Below the pieces are notes generated by a model. The model did not search any database and had not been told where the DNA came from. It saw nothing but the letters and a program-made list of their open reading frames with translations. From NCBI GenBank assembly GCA_951406725.2, contig OX597829.1:51522001-51586000 (forward strand): a stretch of 64,000 nt of DNA, given 5' to 3'. Position 1 is the first letter of the stretch. Each line of letters starts with the position of its first letter. Below are positions 61,201 to 64,000 of this stretch, piece after piece. This stretch comes from Octopus vulgaris. Taxonomy: Eukaryota. The translations under genes and the position numbers were made by a program.

Positions 61201-63844
61201 CTGACTCTGCTGCTAAGGTTTCTTAGGCATGTAAAGTCCTCTGTATAGCCCAGTGGATAACTGTTAGCAAGTAAATGATAGAAGAAATGAAGAAGAGAAG
61301 TGATGTGAGGAACAAAGGAGTTCAAGAGATAAGTGTGAGAGAGCCAGATGCAAACAGAGAGAAAGCTAAAAGTGGAGAAAGGTTGGTTCTTTTCACTCAT
61401 CATAGCATTTGAACTTATTGAACTCTCTCACGAAGGTGATACAAATACCATGTAAATTGTTTTTTTAATAAAATGCACACATTTTAGGCGCAGGAGTGGC
61501 TGTGTGGTAAGTAGCTTGCTAACCAACCACATGGTTCCAGGTTCAGTCCCACTGCGTGGCATCTTGGGCAAGTGTCTTCTGCTATAGCCCCGGGCCGACC
61601 AATGCCTTGTGAGTGGATTTGGTAGACGGAAACTGAAAGAAGCCTGTCGTATATATGCATATATATATATATATAAGTGTGTGTGTGTGTATATGTTTGT
61701 GTGTCTGTGTTTGTCCCCCTAGCATTGCTTGACAGATGCTGGTGTGTTTACGTCCCCGTCACTTAGCGGTTCGGCAAAAGAGACCAATAGAATAAGTACT
61801 GGGCTTACAAAGAATAAGTCCCGGGGTCGATTTGCTCGACTAAAGGCGGTGCTCCAGCATGGCCGCAGTCAAATGACTGAAACAAGTAAATGAGTAAAAG
61901 AGAATATGAAAATTGATTAATACAAAACCAATCTATGCTACACTTGTAAAAGACAAATGAAGACTGTAGGAATGTTTAACTAACCTTTTCAGTTGTGACT
62001 CTAAAACAGTCATAAATTTTGAGGTATTCCGCAACTGTTGGATAATCTTTGCTTTCTGATCTTCAAGCTTCAATCTAAAAGATATATTAATTAAATACAT
62101 TTATTAAATCAAAACAAAACTGATTGGAAAATGTTCAAGTTGTTTTAACTGTAGCTTTAAAGTAGCTGTTAAAATTGCAAGTTGTTCTAGTTACAGAACT
62201 GATTTTAAAAACCAATAAAAACAAATGTAAATATTCCTATCAGATAAATTTTAAATTTGCTTTGGTGTAAGAAAAGTTTATCTAAGAAATCTGCAATTTG
62301 TTCAAACAAATACCAAACTGAGAAAAGCAATTTTATTTAAAGTATTTACATATATATTTGTGCTTAAGTTTTAGCCTTCTTGTTGCATGAAGGAGATTGT
62401 GTGTCTTGCAAACAACTTGCACATGCAAGTGCTACCAGTCAAAAGCTCTGTATACCGGAAGCCAGCAAGTGTATGGGGTCATCAGGAGAGAATGCGCGCG
62501 GTTTCGGGGCCTACCTCTCGATGGCATCAATGTGCACCGGCCCCCCTCACTGATATGAGGCCCCGCTTGCTAGATCAGCTGGTTATGAAGGTAAACTCAA
62601 TATCCTTCTAGCCATCGCTCATCGTCTCTTTTTTAACTATATCAGAGTGTCATTTTAAGTCGGTTTTTTCCATGCTAGCATGGCTTGAATGAATGGCACT
62701 AATTTACAGCCAGGTGCCCTTACCTGTTTTTTCAAGTAAGGGAACTTTTATTGCACTTGTCTTTGAAAGCAGTGAGCAAACAGACAATTAGTTGACACAT
62801 AATCAACTAACAATATGACATATTCACTTGACAAACCAATGAAAGGAAACTTTGTGTCGTTGATTAACACATTAGAAATAACAGCCAAATTTCCTTTCTT
62901 TGAACTGTATTTCATAAAAGGAAGACACAGTATGTCAGAAAAAAAAAGACAAACGAAAAAGCAAGACAACATAGTCATAGCTAGAATTCCTTTAATCACA
63001 GGCCTGTCTGGTCAGAGTTGACTGGGGTTAAATAACAACAGTTATTTGACAAGACAATCTCTTAATGAACTGTTGTTTAGATCCTTTACGTAGTCACTTG
63101 AATAGGCAGAAATCATTTACTGGTAATCTGTCAATTATGACAATGAGTATATCAGTTGATCTGATCAATAGAACAGCCTGCTCATGAAATTAAAAGGAAA
63201 GGTGGCTGAGCACTCCACAGACAAGCATACCTTTAATGCAGTTCTCAGGGAGATTCAGCATCAGGCAAAGTGTAACAAGACTGGCCCTTTAAAATACAGG
63301 TACACCTTATTTTTGTCAGCTGAGTGGACTGGATCAATGTGAAATAAAGTGTCTTGCTCAAGGAAACGACAAACTGCTGGGGATCCAACTCATGACCTTA
63401 TGATTGGGAGATGAATACCCTAATCACTATGTCATGTGCCTTCACTTATAGGTAGAAATAACAGCCAAATCACTATTACATTATAACCTACCCATTTCAA
63501 AAGAAAAAAACAAAAACAAAACATAGCCTGAACCTGAATACAAAACAATGAGACGGTCATGTGTTGAACAATGCTCTTAACCATGGGCCTGCTTTACTAG
63601 AGCTGACCTGCAACTAATCAATCACAACAACAACAACTTAATCTTCTGTATTGACTAATGATTGACAAAACCCAATTACCTGTCACTGATCGATTTATCA
63701 GAACTTCCAACTGCAAGACAAATATCTCTTTCCAATTGTGTAATTCTTGATTTGATTGATGTTAATTCGTGTTCACTACGCCCTTTGTCATCTATACTCT
63801 TTAACTCTCGAAGTAGTTGCTCTTTTTCTTTTAATAGCAATAAC
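30953..63844 (-). CDS. kibra: KIBRA/WWC-family protein (Hippo pathway scaffold), 5'-partial; 16 coding exons in window, about 923 aa
   Basis: Hand-spliced exons, all GT-AG, with consistent phases. Motifs recognised from human KIBRA/Drosophila Kibra: LLLLKEKEQLLRE, SVSAAVSDESVxGDSGVFEAS, AQIQIxLKY plus C2 domain, EESSDESTIISSQTSTLTRNQ, RSQTFSP, LNRSDSDSS, RTSxDLELDLQA, LPSWL, FREKMxFFT, terminal -EEV. The WW-domain exons are outside the window. Confidence 0.95.
32270..32662 (+). mobile_element. RTE LINE 3'UTR fragment in the last Kibra intron
   Basis: Three gtggcacgtaaaaagcacc-type units plus the conserved 3' end. Confidence 0.85.
33311..33432 (-). CDS. kibra: Kibra exon, 122 nt: AHKSENDPDNSKQNKRAEQIMKKVTRDVEKIQKNYFPNAF(R)
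   Basis: ttgtag|G and AG|gtgaag, phase 0-2. Confidence 0.88.
38285..38358 (-). CDS. kibra: Kibra exon, 74 nt: ANELPSWLTDDENFQRLLSEADKL
   Basis: tttcag|G and CTA|gtacgt. Contains the ELPxWL..DE.F..LL motif. Confidence 0.92.
38395..38699. repeat. Near-perfect 151-bp tandem duplication
   Basis: Copies start at 38395 and 38546. I see one mismatch. Confidence 0.95.
40862..41024 (-). CDS. kibra: Kibra exon, 163 nt: LPGAAGSSLRKMPIRTSVDLELDLQASQRRLNHLRDDVYRLKELKKGMEEAKAR(G)
   Basis: ttttag|C and G|gtatgt. Contains the hallmark RTSxDLELDLQA coiled coil. Confidence 0.95.
41277..41495. mobile_element. Tc1/mariner-like MITE
   Basis: TA|TGAGGGGGTGCTGAAAATTTCTTGGCTTT ... AAAGCCAAGAAATTTTCAGCACTGCCTTG|TA. 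Confidence 0.8.
41588..41683 (-). CDS. kibra: Kibra exon, 96 nt: LNRSDSDSSMPLYKRGPFQRNSTVRQSLRWKR, aPKC-binding region
   Basis: ctacag|T and AGG|gtgagt. Contains the hallmark LNRSDSDSS. Confidence 0.95.
41890..42115 (+). mobile_element. RTE LINE 3'-end fragment
   Basis: Conserved 3' end and GAT tail. Similar pieces at about 44545-44845, 45545-45735, 46165-46398, 47435-47660(-), 54446-54600(-) and 20220-20390(-). Confidence 0.8.
42628..42996 (-). mobile_element. SINE family A
   Basis: Family motifs present. Confidence 0.85.
43725..44121 (+). mobile_element. Non-autonomous Helitron (397 bp)
   Basis: A|TC 5' end (TCTATATATATAAAA), subterminal hairpin CCCG-agcaacgc-CGGG (44095-44109), CTAG|T 3' end, no TSD. 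Confidence 0.88.
44210..44419 (-). CDS. kibra: Kibra exon, 210 nt: DPSIGW...CEKGTNT...STIRRSQTFSPADRQGSAYVCK
   Basis: caaaag|G and AAA|gtaagt. RSQTFSP and YVCK resemble human RSKTFSPG..YVCR. Confidence 0.92.
44963..45147 (-). mobile_element. SINE family B, flanked by (TAA)n
   Basis: Family motifs present. Confidence 0.75.
45177..45274 (-). CDS. kibra: Kibra exon, 98 nt: PEAMHSHEDDVHEEEDDKDTDSVDLVDSTKEQ, acidic stretch
   Basis: ttttaag|G and CAG|gttatt, phase 1-0. Corresponds to the Glu-rich region. Confidence 0.82.
46723..46808 (-). CDS. kibra: Kibra exon, 86 nt: NVVTFGKEESSDESTIISSQTSTLTRNQ(G)
   Basis: acctag|A and G|gtaaat. The EESSDEST..SSQTSTLTRNQ motif is known from invertebrate Kibra. 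Confidence 0.9.
47226..47335 (-). CDS. kibra: Kibra exon, 110 nt: NAVKDRIGRMSVQLSSDMRKNFPCDEHSVSENTKEG(K)
   Basis: catttag|A and AA|gtgagt. Phase 0-2 bridges the neighbouring exons exactly, though the sequence is poorly conserved. Confidence 0.8.
48925..49077 (-). CDS. kibra: Kibra exon, 153 nt: GCAHISLADFNYQEVCVRWYNVLSFKFMQ..., end of C2 domain
   Basis: tttcag|G and CTA|gtaagt. Resembles human GGAQISLA...RWYNLLS. Confidence 0.92.
50247..50395 (+). mobile_element. 5'-truncated SINE family B, about 11 nt from a Kibra splice donor
   Basis: Matches 19040-19177. Confidence 0.85.
50407..50590 (-). CDS. kibra: Kibra exon, 184 nt: GIKIALLPFMPVCWETKP...QTLQVNVWSIPDGKELECL, C2 domain
   Basis: ttgcag|A and TTG|gtaagt. 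Overlaps ORF 50365-50562. Confidence 0.92.
50854..50940 (-). CDS. kibra: Kibra exon, 87 nt: YDTFDGNLHVEVDQARNLGALPLPEKTK(I), C2 domain
   Basis: ctctag|A and AT|gtatgt. Contains the C2-type QARNL motif. Confidence 0.9.
52279..52338 (-). CDS. kibra: Kibra exon, 60 nt: TGYLDEVLQMESAQIQITL(K), start of C2 domain
   Basis: ttcacag|A and AA|gtaagt. AQIQIxLK matches the Kibra C2 N-terminus. Confidence 0.9.
53590..53810. mobile_element. piggyBac-like MITE
   Basis: CCCTTTAG...AAAAGGG|TTAA. Inverted copy of 9677-9897. Confidence 0.7.
56097..56209 (-). pseudogene. Diverged partial duplicate of Kibra exon 63680-63844 (3' part, donor and intron start)
   Basis: Aligns to about 63635-63735: cccaattacctgtc..ccaactgcaaga.aaatatctcttt and gactaatgattgacaaaa. 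Confidence 0.85.
56606..56838. mobile_element. Fold-back copy of the element family at 10895-11020, inside (TA)n
   Basis: Shares aatgagtggaaat..gtgagtgtgt..aatgactct.cccagacaca with 10955-11020. Inverted arms at about 56665-56745 and 56756-56838. Confidence 0.7.
57823..58216 (+). mobile_element. RTE LINE 3'UTR fragment
   Basis: Nearly the same structure as 32270-32662 and 14128-14693. Confidence 0.85.
58266..58650 (+). mobile_element. SINE family A, near full length
   Basis: Family motifs, flanked by (TA)n. Confidence 0.92.
59264..60217 (-). CDS. kibra: Kibra large exon, 954 nt, Ser/Pro-rich, ending SVSAAVSDESVTGDSGVFEASVK(R)
   Basis: Corresponds to the 305-aa ORF 59260-60177. tttacag|C acceptor and CG|gtaatt donor. 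Confidence 0.95.
60740..61170 (-). mobile_element. Decayed RTE-clade LINE RT fragment (different subfamily)
   Basis: ORF 60909-61106 IFCNTNVKFVLMYGSEQW..FWPK resembles RTE IFNSNVKSVLLYGSETW...WP. Confidence 0.7.
61486..61902 (+). mobile_element. SINE family A, full length, young
   Basis: aggcgcaggagtggctgtgtgg... through the gagtaaaagag tail. Confidence 0.93.
61985..62074 (-). CDS. kibra: Kibra exon, 90 nt: LKLEDQKAKIIQQLRNTSKFMTVLESQLK(S)
   Basis: ttttag|A and AG|gttagt, phase 2-2. Resembles human RLKL...LHSQLKS. Confidence 0.9.
63150..63446 (-). mobile_element. tRNA-derived SINE with a Meta-like core and the family C tail
   Basis: ccttgagcaagacactttatttcacattg..ccactcagctg core, also at about 55590-55720. 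The tail matches 15790-15935. Confidence 0.65.
63680..63844 (-). CDS. kibra: Kibra exon, 165 nt: (R)LLLLKEKEQLLRELKSIDDKGRSEHELTSIKSRITQLERDICLAVGSSDKSISD(R), coiled coil
   Basis: cttcag|G acceptor and AG|gtaatt donor, phase 2-2. Resembles human RLILINEKEELLKE...LEKDL. Confidence 0.92.
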
Positions 63845-64000
63845 CTGAAGTGAGAAAAGAATTTATGATTTAAAATAAGTGTTTCATGTTATCAAAACTG
63901 AATCAAAATTAATTTCAGTTCGTTGAGTATAAATGTAGAATGACATCAACAATCGACTTAAATTTATTCTCAACTGCAAAAGTACTTGAAGCAGGTTGTT

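Noticed and set aside
61486-61560. tRNA gene-like A/B boxes
   Set aside because: There is no cloverleaf. These are SINE heads repeated throughout the window.
58266-61902. SINE pair flanking the 954-nt exon as a circRNA driver
   Set aside because: Both SINE-A copies are in the same orientation, so they cannot pair with each other.

Overview
This is AT-rich eukaryotic (metazoan) genomic DNA full of microsatellites, SINEs, LINE fragments and MITEs. The repeat families look cephalopod/Octopus-like to me, which is recognition from memory and not a database result. The right half (30953-63844, minus strand) holds the last 16 coding exons (2773 nt, about 923 aa plus stop) of a KIBRA/WWC-family Hippo-pathway gene. 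I assembled them by hand with GT-AG boundaries and consistent phases: coiled coil, Ser-rich region, DSGVFE motif, C2 domain, RSDSDSS/aPKC region, and a C-terminal PDZ-binding GEEV*. The WW-domain exons lie beyond the window end. A transposon-poor, U-rich stretch of about 10 kb (20470-30950) is probably a very long 3'UTR. The left 20 kb is intergenic repeat debris: Dong/R4 and RTE LINE remnants, several tRNA-derived SINE families, and hAT, piggyBac-like and other MITEs. Most notable: (i) three different short elements, mostly inserted in (TA)n, carry minimal type-I hammerhead-ribozyme-like folds with covarying 3:8 core pairs (C3:G8 with U6, G3:C8, U3:A8); (ii) candidate cryptic Kibra exons: a 24-nt in-frame microexon, a 20-nt stop-creating microexon, and a duplicated 57-nt in-frame exon fragment with a LINE-derived acceptor; (iii) genomic A's at conserved Kibra codons that A-to-I editing could restore; (iv) several fold-back palindromes. 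Most ORFs in the supplied track are spurious translations of repeats. Repeat boundaries are approximate unless a TSD is given.
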